Position numbers and translations under genes: made by a program
Shown here: positions 1-8,281 of the stretch, in pieces
Numbering within the stretch: position 1 is the first letter of the stretch
Layout: every line of letters starts with the position of its first letter
Notes under the pieces: model-generated
Seen by the model: the letters and a program-made list of their open reading frames with translations, nothing else
Databases searched by the model: none
Told to the model about the DNA's origin: nothing
Origin: a virus
DNA length: 64,000 nucleotides
Reading direction: 5' to 3' (one strand)
IMG/VR virus record: IMGVR_UViG_3300038361_000164
Location: 107,086 to 171,085 of that record

Positions 1-314
1 CTATTCGTTGTGTCCTATTAAAGGCATTTAATTTCATAAGTCTTTTAAAAGCATATTTTTGCCCAATTGCTATGTCGTCTACATCTCCGCTGTGAAGTTG
101 TACAATCGCCGTAGCTAAGGGTTCTTCTTCTTTGTTTTCACCTGCAAATATATTGACGGTCGTTTCCCTTGTAGTAAAGGGTTCGTCGAATTTTGGAGTT
201 ACTTCTATCATTTTTGATTTGAATTTCAATAACATTGTATTGTTTCCTTTATGTTTCTTTGTGTTGGTATTTACCAACACTAATAGTTAATATTGTACGT
301 ACTGTTGGTATTTA

Positions 315-866
315 CTAACAGTTTGCGATAAAGCCTCTATCTTCTTCTAAGAAGTCGTAGATGTTGGGAATTAATCCTCGTTTGTACATTTGTTCTTTTC
401 TGTGTGCAAGTACTACATTTACTGCTGCTGCAAGATTGGTACAATGGGCAGTTGGTAATACCACAAATCTGTGGCAATGTTGGAGTACTTTCCAATCAAG
501 ACTTCCGTCTTCAGGTCCAAATATGTATATGGCGTTTTCCGGATGTATGAAATCAAATAAGATTTCTGAGTTAGGTCGCAATTCAATTGCAACAGGTACT
601 ACATCTTTATCAAAGTTTTTCAATGTATCTTTTAAAGTTTCTGCTTTAAGCATTGTTACATCTCTATAACCTTTCATACGCTCTTCTCTTGGAAGTCGAT
701 GTTCTTTAGGCCAATTTTCTGGGTGAGGAACTCTGCGGCCTGTCCAATAAACTTGTTCAACTCCCCAACATGATGCGGCGCGCACTGTGGCACCGACGTT
801 GTGTGGAAATTTTGGATTTGTCAGCATTACTGCTGGAGAAGTTCCTCTTATTCTTTTGTTCTGCAT
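315..866 (-). CDS. SpoU/TrmH-family RNA 2'-O-methyltransferase (SPOUT)
   Basis: Motifs NVGATVRAA and IYIFGPEDGSL match the SPOUT methylase signatures; ends with TAG. Confidence 0.65.
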   Translation of the reverse strand: MQNKRIRGTSPAVMLTNPKFPHNVGATVRAASCWGVEQVYWTGRRVPHPENWPKEHRLPREERMKGYRDVTMLKAETLKDTLKNFDKDVVPVAIELRPNSEILFDFIHPENAIYIFGPEDGSLDWKVLQHCHRFVVLPTAHCTNLAAAVNVVLAHRKEQMYKRGLIPNIYDFLEEDRGFIANC

Positions 867-879
867 TCCTTTCCTTGTT

Positions 880-1272
880 TTAAATTTTCATCCACTCGGC
901 TAGCCAAACTTCTGATCTGGAATGTGATTTTTTCCAGATCTTGCCTTTTATTAGTACAGGTATGATCTCAAGTTTGTCTAGGCGTGTTCTGAATTGTTTG
1001 TCTTTGAAAGCCTGTGCTTCTTCTTTTGTTTTTAAAATGTGCCACCCTGATGTGTATATGCGACCACCCGTTCCATCTTGAACAAATTGTTCTTTGGATT
1101 TTAACCAAACTCCCGGTTCTAAATGTCTTGAATGGTTAGTGCCATGAAATAAAGTACGAACACCTTTTGAGTATCGTTCTACTATTCGATAATACGTAGT
1201 TGGCCTTATTAAAGTCTTTGTTGGAACTATTATTTGCAGTACTGATGGTCTCTTATCGGGCTGTGTTCTCAT
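880..1272 (-). CDS. hypothetical protein
   Basis: ORF contiguous with its neighbours (TAAATG junction); no recognisable motif. Confidence 0.4.
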   Translation of the reverse strand: MRTQPDKRPSVLQIIVPTKTLIRPTTYYRIVERYSKGVRTLFHGTNHSRHLEPGVWLKSKEQFVQDGTGGRIYTSGWHILKTKEEAQAFKDKQFRTRLDKLEIIPVLIKGKIWKKSHSRSEVWLAEWMKI

Positions 1273-1641
1273 TTATTTGCTTTTGATTGTTATAGTTATT
1301 TTTGTTTCTTTAGGAGTTAAGGCTTTTCCTGGACACCATGCTGGACTTAATATGTCGCCAATTTGTGTAAAGCAATTGCCTTCTCCTAATTTTGGAGCAG
1401 TTGTTATTTTATTGCAATATCGAAAATAGCATACTCCCTGACCATTTAATGTGTACTGATACGTATTGCTTAAATGTGTACAACTCGTACAATGTTGAGT
1501 AGAATTTTCCGCTTCCCAAATGGTAGCTAATTCATATCCTTTTCTTTCACAGGTAGGGCAAGGAATTGGCCATGATACTAAACCTTTAGCGTCATATTTA
1601 CCCTTACCCTCACACGTTTTACAAACTATTTTTACTTTCAT
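1273..1641 (-). CDS. hypothetical Cys-rich zinc-ribbon protein
   Basis: Several CxxC pairs (CKTCEGKGKY, CPTCERKG) resembling DnaJ-type zinc fingers. Confidence 0.4.
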   Translation of the reverse strand: MKVKIVCKTCEGKGKYDAKGLVSWPIPCPTCERKGYELATIWEAENSTQHCTSCTHLSNTYQYTLNGQGVCYFRYCNKITTAPKLGEGNCFTQIGDILSPAWCPGKALTPKETKITITIKSK

Positions 1642-1657
1642 ATTTATTTTTGATTAT

Positions 1658-2194
1658 TTATTGATATAGTTTATTTTGCAGTATGCGGCTCAATACATCG
1701 CTATGTAAGTCACGGCCAGCTGCTATGTATTCTTTATTTGAAATTTGTTTTCTAATTATAGAGCTGCTTGTTTTGGAATCGTATACTACTTTGTCTAAGT
1801 CAATTACAGTTATAGTTGTGCGCGATTTAATATACTCAATGTCATTCCAAAGCTTTATTCTTTTAGCTGAATCATCGTTTCCTATATAAATGGTGATTTG
1901 TGTTTTTAAAAATGTTGCACGTAAGTGATCTATAAGATCAACCATATATTCGTAGTAATGACGTAGAACAAAATGTCCTGGAAAGGCTTCAGTACACATC
2001 ATAGCTTTATCAAAGTATGAACTCTCATTCATTGTAATGTCTTTTAATGGATTGATACATGGACAAATTAATAATAAGTCATGGTTGATTCCGGAGTTGA
2101 GTTCTTTATTGTGTTTGTCTAAGTAGGTTACAAAGGCTCGATGGCCTAGATGCGGAGGATCAAAGGACCCTCCGTATATTCCAATTGTTTTCAT
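1658..2194 (-). CDS. nicotinate/nicotinamide mononucleotide adenylyltransferase (NadD-like)
   Basis: N-terminal GIYGGSFDPPHLGH is the (H/T)xGH nucleotidyltransferase motif; length of ~180 aa is typical of NadD. Confidence 0.75.
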   Translation of the reverse strand: MKTIGIYGGSFDPPHLGHRAFVTYLDKHNKELNSGINHDLLLICPCINPLKDITMNESSYFDKAMMCTEAFPGHFVLRHYYEYMVDLIDHLRATFLKTQITIYIGNDDSAKRIKLWNDIEYIKSRTTITVIDLDKVVYDSKTSSSIIRKQISNKEYIAAGRDLHSDVLSRILQNKLYQ

Positions 2195-2211
2195 AATTCT
2201 TCCTTTGTTAG

Positions 2212-2286
2212 CACGAGTGCAAGGATTCGAACCTTGAATTAACGGGTTTGGAATCCGCAGACTTAGCCAGTTAAATCGACACTCGT
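2212..2286 (-). tRNA. tRNA-Trp (CCA), A31-C39 mismatch in anticodon stem
   Basis: Acceptor ACGAGTG/CACTCGT, D-arm GATT..AGTC, T-arm CAAGG-TTCGAAT-CCTTG, anticodon loop TTCCAAA; hand-folded. Confidence 0.55.
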
Positions 2287-2297
2287 ATAATTTATTG

Positions 2298-2693
2298 TTA
2301 TTTTTCTGTTAATACCTTCTGCACGCTTTGCTGAACTAAGTGTTGTACATACCCTGCTTCTATTACGTGATAGAAAAATGCAAAGGTAGGTACTAGAAAA
2401 GCCATACCAACTACACTTACAGCTGCTGTATGTTTTGCCAATAATATTAATCCTACTGCGGCCGCTATTTTTAGGACCATGGAGACTACGCTTAGAAGTA
2501 TTGTGTGTTCAATGGCAACTTTGTGATATTGATATGTCATGACAAGACCTATCGCGGCAAATATGAGATTGCTTATTACCATTTCTATAGATGTTGTAAT
2601 GAGACCTATAAGAAAAAAAGCCCAACACCAGCTAAGAACTGCGTGATATCCGTTAACTACTTTAAATGTGTCTAATTTTATAGATAAGTTCAT
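2298..2693 (-). CDS. hypothetical membrane protein
   Basis: Three to four hydrophobic segments. Confidence 0.45.
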   Translation of the reverse strand: MNLSIKLDTFKVVNGYHAVLSWCWAFFLIGLITTSIEMVISNLIFAAIGLVMTYQYHKVAIEHTILLSVVSMVLKIAAAVGLILLAKHTAAVSVVGMAFLVPTFAFFYHVIEAGYVQHLVQQSVQKVLTEK

Positions 2694-2719
2694 TTTATAC
2701 CCTTTCTAGGTGATATTTT

Positions 2720-2908
2720 TTAAGCTACAACGCCCCTTTGCTGAATTAGCGTATTTATAGTACCAGTTACCGATTTTGTCGGTCTTTTGGCGTCTTTCCA
2801 TTGTTGTTTATTGACGTATACATACTCCTTAGAGTCTATTAATAGCTCTGCCTCTCGATCCGTAACGCGATTTAGTTCATCAGTTTGTACGTTTTTAATA
2901 CACTTCAT
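2720..2908 (-). CDS. hypothetical small protein
   Basis: Short ORF in operon context. Confidence 0.3.
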   Translation of the reverse strand: MKCIKNVQTDELNRVTDREAELLIDSKEYVYVNKQQWKDAKRPTKSVTGTINTLIQQRGVVA

Positions 2909-2944
2909 TGTTTCCTCCGTGTAGTTGTTTGTTTTTTTTATTTA

Positions 2945-3045
2945 AAAAGTCGTCTAGAAATCTTTATTACTATTTTTTTGGTTAGCATTCAAGTGCTCAT
3001 TTAAGAGCTAAAATAGAAGGAAGCAATAAAATAGCCAGACGTTGC
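2945..3045. repeat. ~90-bp direct repeat, copy 1 (second copy at 4432-4520, ~85% identical)
   Basis: Shared GAAATCTTTATTACT..TTCAAGTGC..TAGAAGGAAGCAATAAAATAGCCAG; the two copies flank the tRNA-like array. Confidence 0.7.
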
Positions 3046-3125
3046 ACTCCCAGTAGGACTTGAACCTACATTTACAGATCCAATTACACTATAACGACTT
3101 AGAAGATCGTTGTGACTATGGGAGC
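3045..3125 (-). ncRNA. tRNA-like element (anticodon-arm-like hairpin ACGAT-CTTCTAA-GTCGT, UCU; no canonical D-arm)
   Basis: Perfect acceptor pairing GCTCCCA/TGGGAGT and T-arm GTAGG-TTCAAGT-CCTAC, but only 8 nt lie between the acceptor and the anticodon arm, and a 24-nt region containing AATTGGA follows it. Confidence 0.35.
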
Positions 3126-3359
3126 AAAAGGTGAAAGGAAATCTTAATAACTGGTTTCATTATACATAGAAAGTATACCGCCGTTAGGCGGCAACAGAAG
3201 TAGAAGGAAGTCATTAAATAGCCTTTCGAAAGGGGTGTTTGGAAATCAAAGAAACTGATTTTACTGCGCCGAAGCGCGGAGTAGGGTTTGAACCTACAAA
3301 ACCGATAGCAATGCTACCGATTTATTAACCATTTTAGAAGGAAGTTTCTTTATAGCCAA

Positions 3360-3660
3360 ACAAGTTAAAATTTGTCGTGTTACTACTAAAAGAGATTCGG
3401 AAACATAGTTGCCGGTGGTCCGTGGCCCGGGCAAGACGTCGGCACTGTTCGCTCAGGGCTGACTCGTCGCCTAGGCCTGGATTGACCGGCCAGTAGGTTT
3501 CTGTATTTCTTGTGAATTCTGTCAATATCCATCTTGGACCTCTTAGGTCCCGCTCGTGGATATTGGGAGAGTTCTTTGTTTAAGGTAATTTTGCTTACCT
3601 TTAAGTACGTAGCGTACCTATTAAACGGTCTAGTAAAAGAATGTTTGGAAATCGAAAAAG
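3360..3660 (-). ncRNA. paralogous structured element X1 (paralogue X2 at 4035-4295); could instead be a small ORF (3386..3673)
   Basis: Shared ends (CCAAAC..TTTGT..TACTACTAAAAG and AAGTACG-AGCGTAC-TATTAAACG-TCTAGTAAAAG-TGTTTGGAAATC), a GC-rich core, and a hairpin with compensatory changes (AAGGTAA..TTACCTT versus AGATCTT..AAGTATCT). Confidence 0.35.
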
Positions 3661-4034
3661 CTAGTTTAACCAATCATCGCTCAATGAGCAATACAGGATT
3701 TGAACCTGTAATAATAGAAGGAAGCTTTTTCATAGCCAAACAAAAAAAATAGTTGGAAATCATAATTGCTACATGTCATGTGCGTCACCAATTGCGCCAC
3801 TTCCCCTCGGTGTGGGGAAGGTAGGAATCGAACCTACATCATCATTGATTATAATAGAAGGAAGCATATTATATGGCCAACAAATATAAAAAGGGTGTTT
3901 GGAAATCTTATAAACTGGGTTACTTTAAAGTCCGGTGCTCTGCCAACTGAGCTACAGACCGCCGAAGCAGCCTGACAGGATTCGAACCTGTGACCCCCGG
4001 ATTGCGTTTATAGAAGGAAGTTTATAAATAGCCA

Positions 4035-4295
4035 AACGAAATTTGTTTACTACTAAAAGGCTATGTACAAAGCTGGCACCAGGTAGTTTCCTGTAACGAT
4101 TTGATGGACACTCGTAGAGAGTTCATGAATCTGGAAGGAAAAGTCCTGGTTGCCGGGGTTTGTACGAGGTCTTTGTGAATTTCTCTGATGTCCCGTCAGG
4201 ACATCGAAGAGAAGTTCTTTACGTTGAAGATCTTTTGCAAGTATCTCTAAGTACGAAGCGTACTTATTAAACGATCTAGTAAAAGGGTGTTTGGA
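4035..4295 (-). ncRNA. paralogous structured element X2 (alternative: small ORF 4053..4301)
   Basis: See X1; N-terminal similarity of the two predicted peptides (ISKHPFTRSFNKYASYL versus ISKHSFTRPFNRYATYL) arises from the conserved nucleotide motif. Confidence 0.35.
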
Positions 4296-4431
4296 AATCA
4301 CGACAGTTGGATTAAGAGCTCTACCAATTGAGCTACACCACCCGAAGATGGTGACGGGACTCGAACCCGCAACCGCTTGCTTTTAAGGCAAATTATGGAA
4401 GGAAACTATCATATAGCCAAACGAATTGTTT

Positions 4432-4520
4432 GCTGGAAATCTTTATTACTGTTTTTTGTTTGATCCTTATTCAAGTGCCCACTGGGCGTTTAGAAGGAAG
4501 CAATAAAATAGCCAGCGAAT
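4432..4520. repeat. ~90-bp direct repeat, copy 2
   Basis: Matches 2945-3045. Confidence 0.7.
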
Positions 4521-4521
4521 T

Positions 4522-4592
4522 TGGCACGGAGGGCTGGATTTGAACCAGCACGCAGGGAGCGACCCATCGCTCTTCTGTTGAGCTACCTCCGT
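4522..4592 (-). tRNA. tRNA-like (encoded CCA; anticodon arm unresolved)
   Basis: Acceptor ACGGAGG/CCTCCGT, D-arm GCTC-AACAGAA-GAGC, T-arm GCTGG-TTCAAAT-CCAGC, 3' GCCA; only 19 nt lie between the D- and T-arms, so no standard 17-nt anticodon arm fits. Confidence 0.35.
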
Positions 4593-4653
4593 ATTACAGC
4601 CTCCCCGGTTAAAGGGAGGCTCATCTCTTTCCACACATGGTGGATGAGTCTAG

Positions 4654-6774
4654 TTACTGAAGAAACTCTGCAGCGATTACTTCAGTGTCATACGGCGTTA
4701 CCACCGTTTGCTTATTTTCAGATTTATAGTCGGAAGCAGTGAAAACTACGTCCGCTTCTTCGGGTGTTTCTACAAACTTACCCTTACGAGCTCTTGTGTG
4801 TAATTTGAACAGTTCATGCAAATTGTAGTAACCTCTTTCGGTTATTACTTGCGCTAACCTGTTTAAAGTCACAGCATTAGATTCAACGTTATTTCCGCCT
4901 CGGTTAATTTTATCAGTGATTGCCAAATCGATCCAAATTGCTTTGTTCTCTTTTAGGTCAAATAACACTGGGATATGTACTCTAACATCACTGTTTACAT
5001 CATATCTCTGTGTAACCGTAGTTGGTTCGAAAATTTCACCAGATTGTATACCGTCTCTGTCCATCCAACCAGCTATACACTCGAAATCTTTGAATGGCTG
5101 ACGTGTGTAGGAAAGAAGATTCATTAATACAAATCGGGCTCCTTTGCGTAGTGCTGACTGCTTGTTGATATCAACAAACTCGCAAGCACCTGCAGGTGCT
5201 GGACTTGTGATATCTCCGCTATGATAAGATCGTATGTTATCATCTCTTAGATTTGTGTATGATAAACGTCCATATGTGCTCCAATCCTCACGAAATAGTA
5301 GCACTGATAAATCCACGTCCACTCTTCCAGTGTTATTTTTCCACCAAGTGAAAAGACGTAGGGTGCTTTTATCAGCTAATGGCATATGAGATCCTCTTGG
5401 AATTATGCGTAGAGCTTCAGAAGCTGAACGTTGTCCGAAAGGTATTACATAGTCTACCATGTTATCATCTAAGAATACTGTTTGCATTTCATCTAAGTCA
5501 CTAAACTTAGTTTCAAGAGATTTTTCACACACAGCTTCTGCACTTTTAACAGTGTCAGAAGGTAAGTCTGTAAAAGTATTGTCATGAATTTGTACTTTAC
5601 CAATGTTTCCCTTAGGAACATAAGAACGCAATTGAGGAGTATTCGAACGTTTACGAATATGTGCTAATGTTTGTATTAGTACAGGAGTAGATGCCTCAGC
5701 TGCAACTGTTGCAAATTCACTCAAAATCTGGGCGTGTTCGTTTGGAAAACTTCTAAGAATTCTGTCCAATGTACGTGCAAAAACACCCGGTCTTTTGACC
5801 AAAAGCGTGCACAGATCGACGCAGTTTTTGTTCTTAAATGCTATTTCCACCTTACCATCAAAAGTTCTCACTTTGTTTTCGTTTCGAAGGGCATGAAATG
5901 CTTTAAAGGCAGTTGGATATTTGAATTGAACTTCACCTGGATGTAGTTGATGAGCGATACGTAACCACGGTTCTCTGTATTGCTGCATATTTTCTCTAAG
6001 ATTGTAGTAATTTAGAGAATTTATAACTGCTAAGAACAATCTACGTTCTGGTCGAGTAAAGTTTCTGAACTTAGTTTTCTTAGCTAAACTAACGTCGCCG
6101 TCAGACAAAGCCACAGCCAATCTCAATACATCTGTTGCAGTTGTAAAGAGAGGCATAATAAGTTCAATGTTCCCAGTAACATATTTAGAAATAAGTCCTA
6201 CTGTATATGCCAAAATTTCTTTTTGTGGCATTGCAGCTGGAACCATTCGACATGCCAAATCAGTAAGATTTGCAAAGAACCAGTCTAGTTCTTTTTTATC
6301 TAATTCTGATATAGAGGCATTTGAAGACATCATGTCATGAAAGATTTTTCCAAATTCTTTTGGAGTTCCTAAATCTATTACAGTTATTTCAGTTTCTTCA
6401 AAAAGAGGAAGTCTTTCTTCTTTTTCATATGCTGGATATGCGCCAAACCAATACTGCACTATAGCATTCATAAAGAGCTCGGCTGAGGATGCCTCCATTA
6501 CCTGTTTAGGGAAATTAGGATACATCGGTTCGTAGGTTTTAACACCTTTTAGTTGTTTAAGAGTAATCATAGTCTTTAGATAGAAATCTTCAAGTACAGA
6601 TACTGGAAGATATTTTAGACGTTCTATTACATTTGTTGTAAATATAAATCCAAGCCCTGCGAAATTTCTTAACATAGCTGCTAAGTAAGTAACCGGGATT
6701 GCTTTATTGCCTTCTGTTATTTCAGGAAGACATATTTTGCTCTTTCGTCTTAAAAAGATCGAATTAATATTCAT
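4654..6774 (-). CDS. large hypothetical protein (706 aa) with C-terminal TerD-like segment
   Basis: C-terminal VDVDLSVLLF...SYHSGDITS...GACEFVDI resembles the TerD/TerZ Ca-binding domain; the rest is unrecognised. Confidence 0.45.
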   Translation of the reverse strand: MNINSIFLRRKSKICLPEITEGNKAIPVTYLAAMLRNFAGLGFIFTTNVIERLKYLPVSVLEDFYLKTMITLKQLKGVKTYEPMYPNFPKQVMEASSAELFMNAIVQYWFGAYPAYEKEERLPLFEETEITVIDLGTPKEFGKIFHDMMSSNASISELDKKELDWFFANLTDLACRMVPAAMPQKEILAYTVGLISKYVTGNIELIMPLFTTATDVLRLAVALSDGDVSLAKKTKFRNFTRPERRLFLAVINSLNYYNLRENMQQYREPWLRIAHQLHPGEVQFKYPTAFKAFHALRNENKVRTFDGKVEIAFKNKNCVDLCTLLVKRPGVFARTLDRILRSFPNEHAQILSEFATVAAEASTPVLIQTLAHIRKRSNTPQLRSYVPKGNIGKVQIHDNTFTDLPSDTVKSAEAVCEKSLETKFSDLDEMQTVFLDDNMVDYVIPFGQRSASEALRIIPRGSHMPLADKSTLRLFTWWKNNTGRVDVDLSVLLFREDWSTYGRLSYTNLRDDNIRSYHSGDITSPAPAGACEFVDINKQSALRKGARFVLMNLLSYTRQPFKDFECIAGWMDRDGIQSGEIFEPTTVTQRYDVNSDVRVHIPVLFDLKENKAIWIDLAITDKINRGGNNVESNAVTLNRLAQVITERGYYNLHELFKLHTRARKGKFVETPEEADVVFTASDYKSENKQTVVTPYDTEVIAAEFLQ

Positions 6775-6799
6775 TGTTTATTACCTTTATTTTGTTTGT

Positions 6800-7483
6800 T
6801 TATTTTTCTAATTCTTCGGGAAGTTTATCGCTTTTCCGACAATTTTCCGACTTCGTTAGGATCTGTAAGTTATCTTCGTGATGAAGTCCTCCTTTACTTA
6901 TCGGTATAATATGATCAACTTCGTGGGGAATTCCGATTTCTTCGGTTAGCCGACGTGCTTCAGTATAAAACTCACCGATCTTCTTCATGTCGGCATTAAC
7001 TGGAGTCTGAGCTATTTTATTTGCTCTTCTTTTTGCTTGTATTGCTGCATGTTTATCTCGATTATTCTTTCGCCATTTTCGAGTCTGTTCTATAATTTTA
7101 TCACTATGTTTAATACAATACTTTCGTCGATTTTCGATTATTTCTACTGCATGTTTAATTCTATATTTGCGCTTACGCTCAGCTATTTCAACTTTGTGAT
7201 TTATATAATATGTTTTATTTTTTTTATCTATTTCAGTTTTATGCTCAGCATGATATTTTTGTTTTCTTTTACATATTTCAACTTTATGTTTCACACGATA
7301 TTTTCGACCGCGTTCGGCTATCTCAGTTTTATGTTCAGCATTATATTTTTTTACACAAGATTTGCAATGTGAACACAATCCGCTTTTTGCGGATGTTTTT
7401 TTATGAAATTCGGTTGTAGGTTTTTTGGTCTTACATTTTGTACAGGTTTTCAGTCTTTCTTTTGATTCCAACTGTACTTTCAC
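6800..7483 (-). CDS. HNH endonuclease with N-terminal tandem ~11-aa basic repeats
   Basis: C-terminal HEVDHIIPISKGGLHHEDNLQILTKSENCRKSDK is an HNH motif; about eight repeats of RKYRxKHxVEI precede it. Confidence 0.7.
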   Translation of the reverse strand: MKVQLESKERLKTCTKCKTKKPTTEFHKKTSAKSGLCSHCKSCVKKYNAEHKTEIAERGRKYRVKHKVEICKRKQKYHAEHKTEIDKKNKTYYINHKVEIAERKRKYRIKHAVEIIENRRKYCIKHSDKIIEQTRKWRKNNRDKHAAIQAKRRANKIAQTPVNADMKKIGEFYTEARRLTEEIGIPHEVDHIIPISKGGLHHEDNLQILTKSENCRKSDKLPEELEK

Positions 7484-7541
7484 GTAAGTCCTCCCGGTAA
7501 AACCTATTATTTGTTATTTATTATTTTCTCTGTTTTATTTG

Positions 7542-7617
7542 TACGCCTGACAGGAGTCGAACCTGTATGTGTCCAATTAGCTTTCTCTCGGTTCGTAACC
7601 GAGCGGCATACAGGCGC
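7542..7617 (-). tRNA. tRNA-Arg (ACG), non-canonical D region
   Basis: Acceptor GCGCCTG/CAGGCGT, anticodon arm CTCGG-TTACGAA-CCGAG, T-arm ACAGG-TTCGACT-CCTGT; only 7 nt between acceptor and anticodon arm, and a D-loop-like AGCTAATTGGA lies in the variable position. Confidence 0.5.
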
Positions 7618-7626
7618 AAAAGTCTT

Positions 7627-8175
7627 TTACCAAAAAATGTAGGGTTTCCAAGTTTGAGGGACTATTTTATAAAGACTGATTTCTTTCCTTATCTTAATAG
7701 ATAAAGATGCATTCAGAGTTGGTGCATATGGTTTCTTTTTCAAAGGCATATTAGCTTGTACTGGAGTTTTATCTCCTTTTTTGCCATTACACTTCTTACA
7801 AGAACATACTAGATTATCCCAAGATTTTTTGCCACCTTTACTTTTAGGAATAACATGATCTGCAGTCATATTGTGTGTGCTTAAGTCTATATCGCAATAT
7901 ACACATTTACCTCCGTCTCTCATCCATAAATTATGCTTATTAAGACGTTGGTATTGTTGTCCGCCTTTTGGTGGAAAGTTGAAATCTACAAGTCGTATGA
8001 CTGCTGGCATTCCCCATTCTTTACTAACGCCTCCACTTGTCGTTCGTAAGTGTCCCTCCGTATGGGTTTCAACTCTTTCCGCTATACCTTTACATACTAA
8101 AGTCATTGCTCTTTGCCAATCTACTACGTGTAAAGCCATATAACTTTTATTAATAACAAGTGTACGTGTTCTCAT
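7627..8175 (-). CDS. HNH endonuclease
   Basis: CVYCDIDLS...ADHVIPKSKGGKKSWDNLVCSCKKCNGKKGDK is an HNH/zinc-finger motif. Confidence 0.75.
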   Translation of the reverse strand: MRTRTLVINKSYMALHVVDWQRAMTLVCKGIAERVETHTEGHLRTTSGGVSKEWGMPAVIRLVDFNFPPKGGQQYQRLNKHNLWMRDGGKCVYCDIDLSTHNMTADHVIPKSKGGKKSWDNLVCSCKKCNGKKGDKTPVQANMPLKKKPYAPTLNASLSIKIRKEISLYKIVPQTWKPYIFW

Positions 8176-8195
8176 TTTTTTTGTTCCTATTGTTG

Positions 8196-8268
8196 TGGCC
8201 CCTTGCGGTATCGAACCGCACTCTCAGGATTTTCAGTCCCGCATATCCACCTGGTCTACGTAGGAGCC
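8196..8268 (-). tRNA. tRNA-Phe (GAA)
   Basis: Acceptor GGCTCCT/AGGGGCC, anticodon arm CGGGA-CTGAAAA-TCCTG, T-arm TGCGG-TTCGATA-CCGCA. Confidence 0.6.
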
Positions 8269-8281
8269 GTTAATTTTATGT

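Larger units (their letters stand above)
3130..4430 (-). ncRNA. array of 5-6 non-canonical tRNA-like elements separated by bipartite repeats
   Basis: Minus-strand T-arm motifs lie near 3287, 3696, 3830, 3979 and 4356, each followed by a 6-8 bp acceptor-like hairpin capped by a short loop (UUCG in three units). The units are separated by the repeats TAGAAGGAAG-N8-ATAGCCAAAC (8 copies) and GTTTGGAAATC (7 copies). None folds into a canonical cloverleaf by hand. Confidence 0.4.

Noticed and set aside
361-669. Plus-strand ORFs overlapping minus-strand genes (e.g. 361..669, 7037..7372, 12369..12755, 26403..27054, 36085..36435, 44400..44684)
   Set aside because: They lie antisense to longer, motif-bearing ORFs, are low-complexity or hydrophobic with AT-rich codons, and have no independent support. 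Treated as artefacts.
3334-4301. Small ORFs inside the tRNA-like array (3334..3525, 3386..3673, 3534..3752, 3766..3975, 4053..4301, 4521..4742)
   Set aside because: They overlap T-arm motifs and conserved nucleotide repeats. The shared N-terminal peptide of 3386..3673 and 4053..4301 is explained by the conserved GTTTGGAAATC plus hairpin DNA motif and GTG/TTG starts. Kept only as an alternative reading in the features.
2945-4520. Possibility that the regularly spaced repeats are a CRISPR array
   Set aside because: The repeats are bipartite, imperfect and irregularly spaced (90 to 330 bp), and the intervening segments are tRNA-like. No cas genes are present.
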